Assembly: GCA_013239625.1 (NCBI GenBank)
Contig: MU053881.1
Coordinates: 12,290,879 to 12,354,878, forward strand
Origin: Lama guanicoe
Lineage: Eukaryota
Direction of reading: 5' to 3'
DNA: 64,000 nt
The notes under the pieces are model-generated. The model ran no database searches, was not told the DNA's origin, and was given only the letters and a program-made list of their open reading frames with translations. The position numbers were made by a program, and so were the translations under genes. Below, piece after piece: positions 24,093 to 36,349 of this stretch; positions within the stretch are counted from its first letter, which is position 1, and every line of letters starts with the position of its first letter.

Positions 24093-26859
24093 ATCTGTGC
24101 ATAATTCATTTCTTTCTGTCATTTCCTCATTTTCAAGACAGAAACAAAAAATGGTTTTTTTCCCTGTGTCATTTGCTCATGAAAACAATATTAATTTTTC
24201 CCAAGTAAGGTCTGCTGCCGACCTTCATCAGAGGCATTAGAGAGGTAAGAATCATTCTACTTGCTAAAATTAAAGTGTAAGCTACAGTGCAGCATTCCAC
24301 CTGAGCAGAAAAATCCTCCAATAGCTACAGCTCCGCTGCCCACATCTGTCTGCCCTAAATAGTATCAGAACAGGGTGGTGTACATGCACTTCAGCCTCCG
24401 TAACACACCCACCCCCAAATGGGCTGTGAGTTCAGGATGTCTCTGCAGTACTTCAGGCTTGGTTACATGCCCTCGAGTTGCTTTCAAAACTGTTCCCTTG
24501 GTTCTCCAAACATCCCCATTAGGAAAAAAAAAAGAAGATAAAAATCACATCCATAAATAAAGCAGAAGAGAAGGCAAGTCAGCTATAAAAAGGCATGGCG
24601 AACAAAAACATACAATATTATTGGTCGGCGCAATTTTCCAGTGTGGCAGAAATCTCCATGACTCCACCTGCTTCAAGAACATCTCCAGGAGACACCTGAG
24701 GAACATGCAGGATTGCTTTCTATTAAACCTAACTGAGTGGAGAAGTTACCAGGGGAGAAAAGTGCTATTTTTCAAAAAAATATTTGAAATATTCCTTTCT
24801 TCTGTTGCTCATCTCCTGCCCTCCTTCCTCCTAAACTCAAGTGTCTTTTGGTGGGACAAAGACTGTTTCTTAAGCAGAATTTTCTTTCTGATTAAATCTC
24901 CTCTGTTCTCATGCAGTTCCACTGCTTCCGCTCTGATAAGCCTCAGGTCAGTTCTATCTGAGTTTACAATCCAATTTGAACATTCAGTAATCATGGAAAT
25001 ATAGATATTTCTTATTTTCAGTGACATCAGATTAAGTTGTCATCCTCAAGCAGCCAAGGTGGAGGAATTAAAATCATATCATGAAATGCAGAAGCCATTT
25101 ATTCACTTGAACTCTCTCTCATACATGTTCCAGAGACAAGTACGTCCAAATGTTGTTTATCATCAAGGAAAATGACCCTCTAAAATACAACTTGGTGCAT
25201 GTGATTTTTTTATGTGCTCCTGATGTCTTTAAGGGAAAAAAATTGGGTTTATTTCAACAGGTTTTTCTGCTTGCTGTGATGGTCTATGCCAGCTGGAAGC
25301 CTCAACTGTTAAGTTGATGGTGCTTAAATAAGAAGAGCGTTCTCATGGTTCCGCGTCAAAGGGTTCAGTCTTTTTTTTTTCCAGTCTCAACAATGCCGCA
25401 CATACCAAGAAGCTACACTAAATTTATTTTTCTTGTTATATATTAATATTAGGCTTTATCTCTGCATGACCAGAGTCAGACTAAAAGAAAAACTCAAAAC
25501 TAAGATAAATTCCAGCCTGAGGAGACAAAAGGGAAAAAATTTAGGGGTAGCAGACTGACAAAAAGGAAAGAAAGAAAACAGAGAGGAACCAGGGTCCTAT
25601 GTCTCTTCAATCGTGTTTAAGATTGACCATTGACGAGAGGTTGGAAATGGCAGCAAAGAGTGAAGGCTAATGTTCTTGTACAGCTGCCACTGAAATGAGT
25701 CTGAATTATGAGGACCCCTAGTCAGAAAAGACAGGCATCTCTCCCCATCTAGCCCCCAGTGTCCTTCTCTTGGCTAATTCCTGTGAAGAGTAACCATGGC
25801 TCCCTTTCATCTCTTACCCCGTGACCACCTAGAACTCTTTCCTAGATGTTTACAATAAACTTATTCACAGGCTGTTTAACTACAGTTCAGAAGGCAACTG
25901 ATGTCTGGAAGATGCCTAGAAACAAATATTCTAATTCCAATGAATATTCCAATGAATGACCAAACTAGGAAGAGCTAACTTTTTTCCTTTCCTTTTTTTT
26001 TCTTGAGCACTTGCTTTATACCAATGGTAGAAAAGTGTTTTATCATTTAATTCTCACAACAGTTGTATGAGGGAAGCAGTAGACATTGGTTATCTTTGTC
26101 TGTTAACACACCCTCCATGACCTCATTGCTTTGGGGGAACTGTTCCTCCCATTCTGCAAGCATCCGACAGTGGTGGAACTGCCAGCCCTACAACCCACAA
26201 CCAGAGCCAGTCGAGGGCAAGCAGACCAGCTCTGAACAATCAGAGGGACCCCTCACCAGACCACAGGATGGGTTCAGAGAGGAGATATGACCAAAGTAGA
26301 ATTTAGGATTTTTTTCCAACCACTTTTTAAAAAATCAGTAAATTGTTCAAATTTCAAGTCAAAGAACTTAATACATGTCAATAGGGCAACACCTTCTGTT
26401 ATGTGCACAAATCCTGTTTGCAAAAAAAAACATTAAGGCTAAAAGAAGCAGCAAATCAGAAGAGAGTGACAAGGTGAGACCTTAACTAACCACACCTGGA
26501 GAGTACAGGGATGCGATAGAGACAGAGGTAGTTAGCTACCATGTCCCCTTTATTTGCTTTGCAACCACAATTTGGATTAGTGACAACCAAAGAGCCTTAA
26601 TTTATCCAAACACGTACTATTATTACCCTCTTTTCAAAGGTGGGAAAGGTGAAACTTGGAGAGATTAAATAACTTGCTCAAGGTCATACCAAACTAAACT
26701 CAGTAGGACTCCAGGGTCAGAGCTCTTAATCACTGCAAAAATATAATCTATTAAGCAAAGCAGTCCTGGTAGGCATTTTCAGAGTGCAGAGGGGAACAAA
26801 ATTGCTCTCAAAGAAGTAGTCCTACAGGAGAGATAGACAGGAATATAAGTAGCAATAAT

Positions 26860-27120
26860 ATAAAATATATTGTGCCATTGTTATATAAGCCAGCACTTTT
26901 CGGTAATAAATACTGTTCATTTACAGTATCTGATCTGAACTCCCCAACAACTCTGTAAAGCAGACAGCACAGGGATTTTTTTTTATTCCATTCTATAGAT
27001 AAAGAGAATGTCTAAGAGAAAGTTCTTCTAAAATGACCTCTCCATGTGATGAGGAATGAGAGGAAGATAAGACTAGAGAACGGTGTCTTCTGACTCCAGA
27101 TCCAAGGCCCTTTCTCCATC
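26860..27120 (-). mobile_element. MIR
   Basis: 'ccaacaactctgtaaagcag...ttattccattctatagataaag...tctgactccagatcc'. Further MIR pieces at about 26000-26075 and 26610-26735. Confidence 0.65.
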
Positions 27121-27361
27121 ATCCTATTTACTTAACCTGGCTTAATTTAACTAGGAAAAATGTCATTGGAGGTTCAGAAAAAAGATACTTGGGATTCAGA
27201 TATCAAGAGTTAGAACCTTCCTCTCAACACTGAACTACTTGGGAAATTTCTGATCAATATTTCTGCCCAAAACTTTAAACAATGAGAATTTTTTTTCATC
27301 CAAAATAATTCTTAGACTCTCACAAACCTGAGTATTCAGTCAAGTAAGACTGATGAGTGAA

Positions 27362-28690
27362 ACCATATTCCCACCAATATTTTCTTCCAGTTCTTTTATA
27401 CTTTTCAAAATTTGATTTGAATCCATCTGAAGCATATTTTGATGTAAAATGTTAGATGAGAATAACATTTTCCCTTCCATGTAACTGGTCAACTCACCAG
27501 AATCCTTTATAGATGACTTCAGCCTTTTCCCTCTCTATACTCATATACGCACCCTTAGATTTTTTTTCTCAGCTATTATTTCTATAATACTAGTGTGGGA
27601 AAAGCTTTATAAGTATAAAAGACAAAAGCAAGAAAAGAAAAAAATGAAGAGTTTTGCCTCTCTGCAAATAAAACACAGTATCAATTAATAGATTAAAAAA
27701 AAAAGTTTAAGTCAGTACAGAACCTGTGACACATGGCCAAAAATCTTAATTTGCAGAATCGCTGTAAATACAGAAAGATAGGATGTCCAAGTAAAAAGAT
27801 AGATAAACATTAGGAATACTCAATTGGCAAGAAAAAAATACAAATTAGCAAAAAAAAATTAAAAGTATAACAATGTTGGCAAGGATATTGGGAAACCGGC
27901 AATCTCCTCTACTGCTAAAGGCTGTGTAATAATTGGTATCTTTCTGGAAGACAATTTAAAAGTATGTATCTTAGGCACAAAGTGTCCCATACTCTCTAAT
28001 GAGTAACTCTACTACTAGGAATTTTTTCTAAAGAAACAACTACGGATGTGGGTACCACTGTTTCATACAAAGATGCCCATACTCCCATTTATAACAGCCA
28101 GTAAGCAACTTCAAACTTAAATATATAGCTGGCCAAACAGTGGTTTTATTCATGCCCGGAATATCTCGTAGGCGTGGAAACTTGTTCATTCATCCAAACC
28201 TAAGCTCTTGAAGCATCTACTGTTGTGTCAGTCACTGGTTTGAGCCTTGAGAATACAAAACCCCCACCCTGATGAGGCTCACAGTCTAGTGGGAGAGGCA
28301 GAACAATCAAAATCCACATAGGAATAAAAAAATTACACCTGTGATCTTAGCAGAAGAAAACTGCTAAGACAGGAGAGACTCCAATGGGGAATAGATGGGT
28401 CAAGGATGTCACAAGTGGTTCCCAAGAGAAAGACGGGGTACCCAGGCTAAAGACACAGCACACACAAAAGATGCATGAAGAAAATATACGAATGTGGGGG
28501 AAAAAATGGCTACAAAAGCACATGGATATTATACTACTTTTACACACACACTTAAAAAAATTAGGACTATCAAAATATTAACAGTGGTTATATTTGGTTG
28601 GGGTAATATTTGTCCCGACTTCCCTTCCCTTCTTTTTCTTGTTTTCTCTTCTCTTTTGTATTCATTTTGTAAATAGAAAAATAAACTATG
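27362..28690 (+). mobile_element. old L1 (L1ME-like): inverted 5' block (about 27362-27540, minus), then sense ORF2/3' end (about 27573-28140 and 28460-28690), interrupted by an L2 piece (about 28180-28330)
   Basis: Sense motifs 'caatgttggcaaggatattgggaaac' and 'aaaatattaacagtggttat'. Antisense motif 'atccatctgaagcatattttgatgtaaaatg'. Confidence 0.7.
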
Positions 28691-29468
28691 AAATAAGGAT
28701 GGAGAACTACCTGGTTGCTTATTGATACTATCCCATTTCCACGTGTAGGATGTTGGGTTTTCCAAGCCCATCTCATCCCACAGCCAATTCCAAGTTGCCT
28801 TAACCAGAGAAAAAGTTAAGAGCAGCTACCAGCTCCAGAGTAAGCTGTGTTTTCTCACTTGCATATCTTTAGTTACAAATGACTATTTACCTGTCAGCTG
28901 GGCTGAGAACACCCATAGGTTTCCCTTTGAAGTGAACCTCTTGGATTTAAAGAGATTTTTTTTTTAAGCTGTTGAAGGTTTGCTTGATCTAAAGTCTCAC
29001 AGACGTTTGAAGTTGTGACTTAATGGAAGATTATTTTTATTCACAGTGATCAAGCAGTTAATGAGATAAAGTAGTGAGGAGACAAGCTTAATAGAATATG
29101 TGGTTGCTCCGCATGTTAATCTTTATAAAAGGCAGAATGAAAATAACAGGAAACCAGGAAGAAATTGGGACAGATGGCTGAACAGCTCAAAGATAGGAAA
29201 AACAACTCTTCCTTGCACAGGGCTTTCAAATGTAAACCCCTCTCATGTTGAGTTCAATAGATTAAAAAAGCGACAAAGAATGAGAAAATGGGGAGCCAGG
29301 AGTAAAGTTTTCCTGGTGGCTGTTCTCTTGAGACTTTCCCCTAAACCTGCCTCCATCCCTGCCCCACCCCTACACTGAAGGGCAAAATGCATCCAGGGCT
29401 ACTATAAGTGTTCAACATGGAAAGAACGGAAACAGTAAAGAAAGCTGCCATCTGCCTCAGTGGCTCAC

Positions 29469-29522
29469 CATGCACCCTTTTAAACTCTGTAAGTCATAAC
29501 AAGGTGAGAGGGCATCTCTAGC
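29469..29522 (-). other. candidate 54-nt exon (unverified)
   Basis: Minus strand: tttttactgaatccgtccag|GCT...ATG|gtgagc. Open only in phase 0 (ARDALSPCYDLQSLKGCM) and ends in ATG. Confidence 0.2.
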
Positions 29523-29867
29523 CTGGACGGATTCAGTAAAAACGCGTTTGGGAGGGAAGGGAGGCAGATGACAGAAGAGGGAAAGAGGATGTCAGTTCCA
29601 TTTACGCTCCATGTTGGTCCAGTAGCATTATTTGTTGCTGTTGTTTGCTTGTTTTTCAGGCCAAGAGAGAAAAATTCTGGTTACCTAATTATCCTTTGAA
29701 GTCAGAAAACTGGTAAAACCTGAATAGCCATAGAGGAGAAGAGAAAATTTTTTTATTAAATGATATCCTTTTAACCCACTAATGTGAAGGTGGAAACAAG
29801 TATGGCTAGCTTTGGTATTTAAAGTGGGCAATGGAATAAACACTGGGAAATTGTCAAAGCTACATTT

Positions 29868-30000
29868 CCCAGTGGGTCTTCTGAGAGCGATCTGCATCTT
29901 ACTTCCATGGGATGCTAATTTTTAAATGCGGATTTCTGGGCTCAGACCAGCTCTTGATTCATTGAGACCCAGGAATCTGCACTTTTCAAACATTTTAAAC
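29868..30000. mobile_element. MER5-like hAT-Charlie MITE
   Basis: 'taaatgcggatttctgggctc...cccaggaatctgcacttttcaaaca'. Confidence 0.7.
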
Positions 30001-30349
30001 ACACACATCCTATATCTTACATCCAATGTCTGAAGTTCTTGAGAGTCTATACTTCTACTGGGTCTGATTACAAATGGATTTAGAAACTGGAGCTAATGTT
30101 AGATTGGGCTTTATTTCTAGAATCCAGACACCTGGGCAGAGGGATCATCCCTACGAGGAAAAACACTCTGGCTCTGCCTTCCGTGCCTCTGTTCTACCAA
30201 TTCAGGAACTGGGAGTTAGTTTCAGGGCTGGGGTCTTCGTGGACCATGCAATGGTGTGAGGTTGCCAAAGGGCTAGCCTGTGGTATAATCCACAGGGGAG
30301 AGCCCACCACCCTCACCCGCTCCTAGAGGTCAGACCAAGAGGGTCAGAC

Positions 30350-30740
30350 TCCTTGTCATTTCCCTTTGCCAATAGTAGATTTGTCTTTCAGTCTGCATTT
30401 TTAATGAGGAGAGTGCCCTTTAGGAGAGATGGGAGGTCTCAGTTCTCACTCCACAGCTCGGGTCAGCCTCAGACCTTGTCTCCTGGCTGCCTCTAACCTC
30501 AAATACATTACTCTAGATGATTGCCCCTCAAGGCAACTGTGACATTAGCACCCAATTACCTCTCCAAGTCACAGCCCCCCCTCCCAGTTTCTGGCCCTAG
30601 GAATTTTCCTTTCTTGATCACAAGCTCAGTTATGCATTTATAATCATGTTGGCTATACTTTATCCAACATTTCTAGGAGTTCTGTGGCGTGAGGGTTTTT
30701 TGGGCTCTCTTGCCTTATGTATTGCTAGAAATAGAAGATC
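30350..30740 (-). mobile_element. old L1 (L1ME/HAL1-like) 5'-end fragment
   Basis: 'tatactttatccaacatttctaggagttctg...gagggtttt...tattgctagaaatagaag' resembles antisense old-L1 5' termini. Confidence 0.45.
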
Positions 30741-32748
30741 TCAAAACTGCATTCTTAGCAAGCCCCACGAATGATTCTTATCCGCACACTAAAACTTGAG
30801 GACACGGGAATCTCAGCAAGTAAGGAGACTTTAGAGTTATATAACACTAGTTTATACAATGTTTTCATATTCATTTATTTCATTTCATCCTTGCAACAAC
30901 CTTGCAAAATAAGCAGGACTGTTATTTTTCACTCCCAACTCTCTGATGATAAAGCCTTGTCAGCCCAGGTTTCTTGCCCAAAGACATAAAAGTAGCGAAG
31001 GGGCAAAAACAAGGAGCCCTTCCTTACTTCTGCCCAGCTGCCGACGGGTTAGAGCCTGGTTGAAGTACTCTTCTTATCCCCATTCCCTATATCACAGGCT
31101 TCACCTGATTGAGGGGATCACTTCTCAGCCCTTCAGGAAGATGCAGTGAGCTGCCAAACATTCTTCAGGGCTTGGGTTCCAGCAGTAGTGGGCTCACCAT
31201 GAGACTTCAACCACATCTCTGTTTCTGGATTTGTATTAGGTCATTCAACCTATAACCACATCCACTCCACAAAGATTTGAGCACCTACCATGTATGTGCC
31301 TGTAAACAAACTAGTGACTCTCTCGTATCCAGCCTATAGTTTAATACTCTCGGGGAAGTTTTAATATGGACTTAACACTGCAGTGTCAAGACTGCTTCAA
31401 AGGGCTTTTTAGCAAACAATCATGCAACTAAAATAGCTTTCTGCCCTGTCTAATGTGAACGGAGTCTTCCCTTTCCACTTGGAGTTATCCCCCTTTCCTC
31501 CCATCGTTTGGGTTTACAGAGAATAAATGTCTTCCCCATAGAAGACATGCCAAGAATTTTTTCACAAGCACAAATTGCCATGAAAACTTAAAAGAATTTG
31601 TTTAAAGGGAAGTTAATTAATTTTATTTTAGCGTTGTTTGTTCAAATGCCTTTGAAATTGCTGCCTTTTTCCCTTTAGGGCCAAGCTGATTTCCTTTAGT
31701 CCCTTCAGCACATGGTAATTTGCATGAATGTGAAAACATTTTATCCAGGTGAATATTCTAGAACTTGACTAGTCTGTATAGTCATGAAGACAAAAAACTG
31801 TCATCCAAAAAAGGACATGGATTTATGCTAAATTTACCAACATGGAAAGCTCGGGCAACAGCATTCAGTGGAAAAAGTTAAGTTAGAAAAAAGATATAAG
31901 GTCTGATCCTTAAATAAACATAAGTCCTTAGAAAGAGGTCAATTCTGAGAAAGAAACAGAAAAATCAAGAAGGTAAGAGGCTTTCATTTTTTAAAAAATT
32001 CAAAAATGCATTAGTACATCATGAAGAACATGAGCATTTGGGTATAATACCTTCAGCAATTACAACTAAGCCACCAAATAGTGCCTCACTGATTGTCATC
32101 TACGACTGTCCTCTAAAATTACCAGATAAGGGACAATTCCACAATTCTCCTTGTAAAAATGCTTGAGTTATCTTTTCCACAAACGGGTATCAGAGAATAA
32201 TTTTAGCAACAGCATACGTGTATTGAGCTCTTATGAGGAACCAATCGCAGTGCTAGGTCTGAAAGTGTTAGCCAGAAAGAGAAAGAAAAAGATCATTAAA
32301 GTGCAAAAATCTATAGATCATAGCTGCTCCAGAATTTCTATAAGGCAGGACCTAGAGGCAGCAATCTAAAGGGGTTCGGAATTCAGCTCTACTTGTATAG
32401 AATTTATAAATCAAGAAAACACCAAGGGACCATATTAAATAATGAGGAGAGGGTGAATAACTAATTGGATGCAGACAGACCAACCCCTCTGGATGCTCCT
32501 GATGTCCTGGGATAAGAAAAGTCCCAGTGAGGACGGCACTGCCTCTAGCTCTGGAAAAGAAAATTAGATTCTGTCTGGTAGAAGATTCTAGAAACTCAAC
32601 AAGGTTTCAAAAAGTTGTATAGAAGCATTTTCAGCAATGTAATTGTTATAACGCCATGGGTACACTAACAACCTGAGCCCTTTCTTTTAAAAGCATATAT
32701 ATATTGTACCAAATTACACACGGCCAACAGCTTAATTTTCCTCCAATA

Positions 32749-33060
32749 CAGCTTCTCAAACTGTTTGTGGTGAAGAACGAGTCTGTTTTTTAACTTCTTT
32801 ATTTATTAACTTCCATTCCATCAGAGGCTGAGGACAGTTAAGTAGCTTGTGCTGTATGTGATTCACCATGTGGGTCTGACATAACCCGATTGGACCAGAC
32901 CCTGATTAAAAAAAAGAGAATCCACAGATCATTTGCCTGGGTGTCACAGCAGTGACAAATTGCTATAAAAGTTTCTAACCACTATTTCTCATTTGCTATT
33001 CTTTGCTTGACCTAGAGCAGTAACAGTGCTGGCCCCCACATCACAATTTAAGTAGCGCTG
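32749..33060. mobile_element. hAT-Charlie non-autonomous element (MER106-like)
   Basis: Termini 'cagcttctcaaactgtttgtggtgaag' and 'cacaatttaagtagcgctg', internal 'aaattgctataaaagtttctaa'. Confidence 0.7.
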
Positions 33061-33199
33061 CTAAAAAGCATACAGATTTTATCTCAGTCAGTAGTACAAA
33101 ATATCTTTAAATCAGGCACCCATCAAAAAATAGACATGTTTAAACAAAAGACATAAGCGATTTAAACATAGACAATGAAATGTAGGCAATTTAAACAAA

Positions 33200-33390
33200 A
33201 ATGTCCCACTGCTCCTCTTTTATACTTTTTGCTCAGTTTAATTGACAAGTATCTTGACACAGCAAAGCAATCTGCTTTTAAAAAACTGCCACCATTTACA
33301 ACTACTTATCTTTGTGAATTATAATTTTCTCAATATTGTGCAATCAAAATAAGATAATTTGGATATTGAGACTGAAAAAATAATACTAGT
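33200..33390 (+). mobile_element. decayed hAT (Charlie/Buster-type) transposase C-terminal dimerisation segment
   Basis: The frame including 33286 translates LIDKYLDTAKQSAFKKLPPFTTTYLCEL*FSQYCAIK, matching the hAT 'LLPFxTTYLCExGFS' motif, with in-frame stops. Confidence 0.8.
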
Positions 33391-34187
33391 CCAACACTCC
33401 TGCAGAGATAGTCTATGGAAAAATTTAAATTCCACTATGAAACACAGGACCCCAGTAAAGATTCACTATGTACAAGGGCCCTGAAACATCCTGCAGAAAT
33501 AAGTTGGATTAACCTTTCAGAGGTTTGTGAGTTATTTATTCACAAAACCCACTGTCTACATTATATCAAGGAACATGCTGATTTACTTATTTTGAGAAAT
33601 GCCGGAGATTCTCTGTAAGGGTACCTTGTCATTTCTAATGCCTCAAACTTCTTGAATCCTTATGCAGCAAATGCAGACACTATAACATTTCATCACCCAC
33701 CCCACCCCTCTCAACCTGCACACTTTTTAAATGCATCTGAAATTTCTATTTTCTGCCCAGAAATGAATGACACTCAAGGGCTTCCATTTTCAGGAATGCA
33801 ACCAGAGCTTTGTGTGGAGCATAGCCTTTCTGTTCTAAGACAACTAACCATTGTGCTTACAGGTAAAACAGAAGGATGCTGTTTTGAGATACAGTTGCTG
33901 GAGAGTTAAGTAGAGCCATGCACTAGTTGAGGGACTAGTTTTATAGCCACTTATAGCCAGTGACTCAGCAAGGAAAGTTCAAAGCTGTACTTCAGCCAAA
34001 GTAAATGTTAGTACATCACAGACTCACACAGTCAGCTGAGGATACTGAAAGCAAAAACGTTAAATCTATCATTGTCAAGGTTCTACAGAACAACGGTGAA
34101 CTTCCTCCTGCCCAAAGACCTATGCAACAACACTGAAGTTCAAAGCAAATTGGGTGAAGCTCATGCAATCCATCTGATCGTGTCAAA

Positions 34188-34500
34188 CAGGGTTTCTCAA
34201 ATTGAGAGCCCAGACCTTTTCATCGGAAATCCCTTGTTAAAAATGCAGCCTTATTTTAGACTGTAGTGATAATAGGAAAACTGCATAAATGACTGAAAAA
34301 AAAAGTAAAATGTACACTTTGAACGGTTTATTTGAATGGTGTATAGATTATACCTCAATAAATACGTTAAAAGTCAAAAAAAATTTTTTAACTCAGCTCC
34401 TGGGCCCCATCCCCAGAGATTCAGAGGTAGTAGGTGTGTAATAGAGTTTAGGAGCTCACAGTTTTTTGAAAAGAACCTAGTAATTCTTCTGAGAACAGAT
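34188..34500. mobile_element. MER5-like MITE split by a short L1 3' end (about 34260-34375, +)
   Basis: MER5 'cagggtttctcaaa...cttgttaaaaatgcag' resumes at 'cagctcctgggccccatccccagagattc'. The insert has the L1 tail 'tgtacactttgaacgg...ttatacctcaataaa'. Confidence 0.7.
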
Positions 34501-35200
34501 GTTTAGGCTAGATATTATAAATTACATATGTAATTAAGCTGGGCCATCAGAAGGCAGTATCTGTCTGGGTTATATCTAAAACCATTTTACTGAGTTGCGG
34601 CCACTAAGGAACACGACCATCAGGGAATGCCACTCATTTGTTTTAAGAAATTATCATTCAACCCTCCTCATAAGAGGGAAGGGGAATTACAAAATTTAAA
34701 TAATATATATACATATACTTAGGTATAGAGAAAAGACTTTCTTCTTCCAAGGAAATGCTATGTTTGTTTATGATTTACACAAATAATTGAACTGACATTA
34801 CTTCCTTTCTTAATTTGTCTGCTAGGAAGCTCAGAAACCAAAGTTCTTCCAATTACACAGGTGTTAATGCCTTGATTATTTTCAATCTTTATCTTCTATC
34901 TTCTCTGGACTTGATATCGTTTTTTTTTGCATATTTCATCATAGTTAACTTTCTTTTAAGTTGCCTCAAAACTTTGTCCAGTAGCAGTATCATAGCCAAT
35001 GAGGTTTATCTGAGGCATAATTATTGCAAGTTAAATTGCCTCAAATTTTGTATGAACTAAGACAAAATAAAAATAAGTATTACAGGTAGAGATAAATACA
35101 TGGAGGACCTGCATTGTAAAAAAAAAACTCCTATTAAACAACCAATGCTGCCTTCCAAAGAACTGGAAAAGAAAAAGATGAACAAATATAAGCAGAATCT

Positions 35201-35340
35201 GGGGAAGACGGTGTAGCTCAAGTGGTAGAGCACATGCTTAGGTTCGACCCCCAGTACTTCCTCTAAAGATAAATAAGTAAGTAAATCTAACTAGCTCTCC
35301 CCCAAAAAAATTTTTTTAATAAAATAAATTTTAAAAAACA
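35201..35340 (+). mobile_element. Vic-1-like SINE with an internal deletion
   Basis: 'gtagctcaagtggtagagcacatgcttag|gttcgacccccagtac' lacks about 17 nt present in the other copies. Degenerate TSD aagcagaatc/aaacagaatc. Confidence 0.88.
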
Positions 35341-35709
35341 AAACAGAATCCATCTAGCCACTTGGGTGCATTTAGAAGTGAGCAAGAGCATTATGGTACA
35401 GCTTTTAACTGACGCAGATTCATCAAGATGGTCTCCAGCTTTGCGACCCTACAAGATCCCAGGCAAATGGCTGCAATTCATGTAGTGGCAAACATTTCCA
35501 TCAAGGAGAAGAAAAACCTTCCTCCAAATTTTGAAGATTCTAGTTAGCCAACAGGCGTATGGGATTGAGGTTGAGGGTGGAGTTAAGAGTACAAAGGTGG
35601 AACACAAAGCCATTTGGTACCTATGGGGAAGTTAGAGGAGTGATGGCTGGGGATACTAAACAGAAAGCTTTGGGATTCTGAAGGTACGCTTTGTCAATTC
35701 CACATTTCT

Positions 35710-35995
35710 ACTCCATTCAGAATTAATTCTAAGTGTGATGAAAAGCCATTGGAGAGCTTTGAGCAGGGAGGCTGGCATGATCCTTTGAAAGTTTATGAAT
35801 GATCTTTCTGAGTGTTTTCTGGGAAACAGACCAAAGGAAGGGGGCAAGAGTGAAGCAGGGAAATCTGGAGTCTGAGGCAGATGTCCAGACAAGAGATAAT
35901 GATGCTTAGAAGGGACAGGAGGATAGCGGGAGAGATGGTGAGAAGTGGTTGGATGTATCCTGTAGGTAAAGCTGACCAGACTTGCTATTGGACTG
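35710..35995 (-). mobile_element. L2 fragment
   Basis: 'aagccattggagagctttgagcagggag...gagatggtgagaagtggttggat...gacttgct'. Confidence 0.85.
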
Positions 35996-36137
35996 AACTC
36001 CAGTTTCACCAATGTATTCAACCCCCAGGATCTGGTGCCTGTGCCAGAGCCTACAGTGATAAATAAGATTTGGTCACAGCTCTCAATGAGCTCTCAATTG
36101 ATAGCAATGAGTCAGACTGGTTTAAAAAAAAAAAATC

Positions 36138-36272
36138 TGTGGAGGTATAACTCAGTGATAGAATGTGTGCCTCACATGCATGAGGTCCTGGGTTCAAGCC
36201 CCAGTATTTCCATTAAAAATAAATAAATAAACCTAATGACTTCCTCCCCACGAAAAAAAAATTTTTTTTTTA
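36138..36272 (+). mobile_element. Vic-1-like SINE (more diverged)
   Basis: 'ggtataactcagtgatagaatgtgtgcctcacatgcatgaggtcctgggttcaagccccagt' plus the family tail. Confidence 0.88.
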
Positions 36273-36349
36273 AAGAATGAAGAAAAATTTAAGACATAAT
36301 GCCTTTAGGTTACTATTTCTAGGACATAAAAATAGGCAAGTTCCCATTA

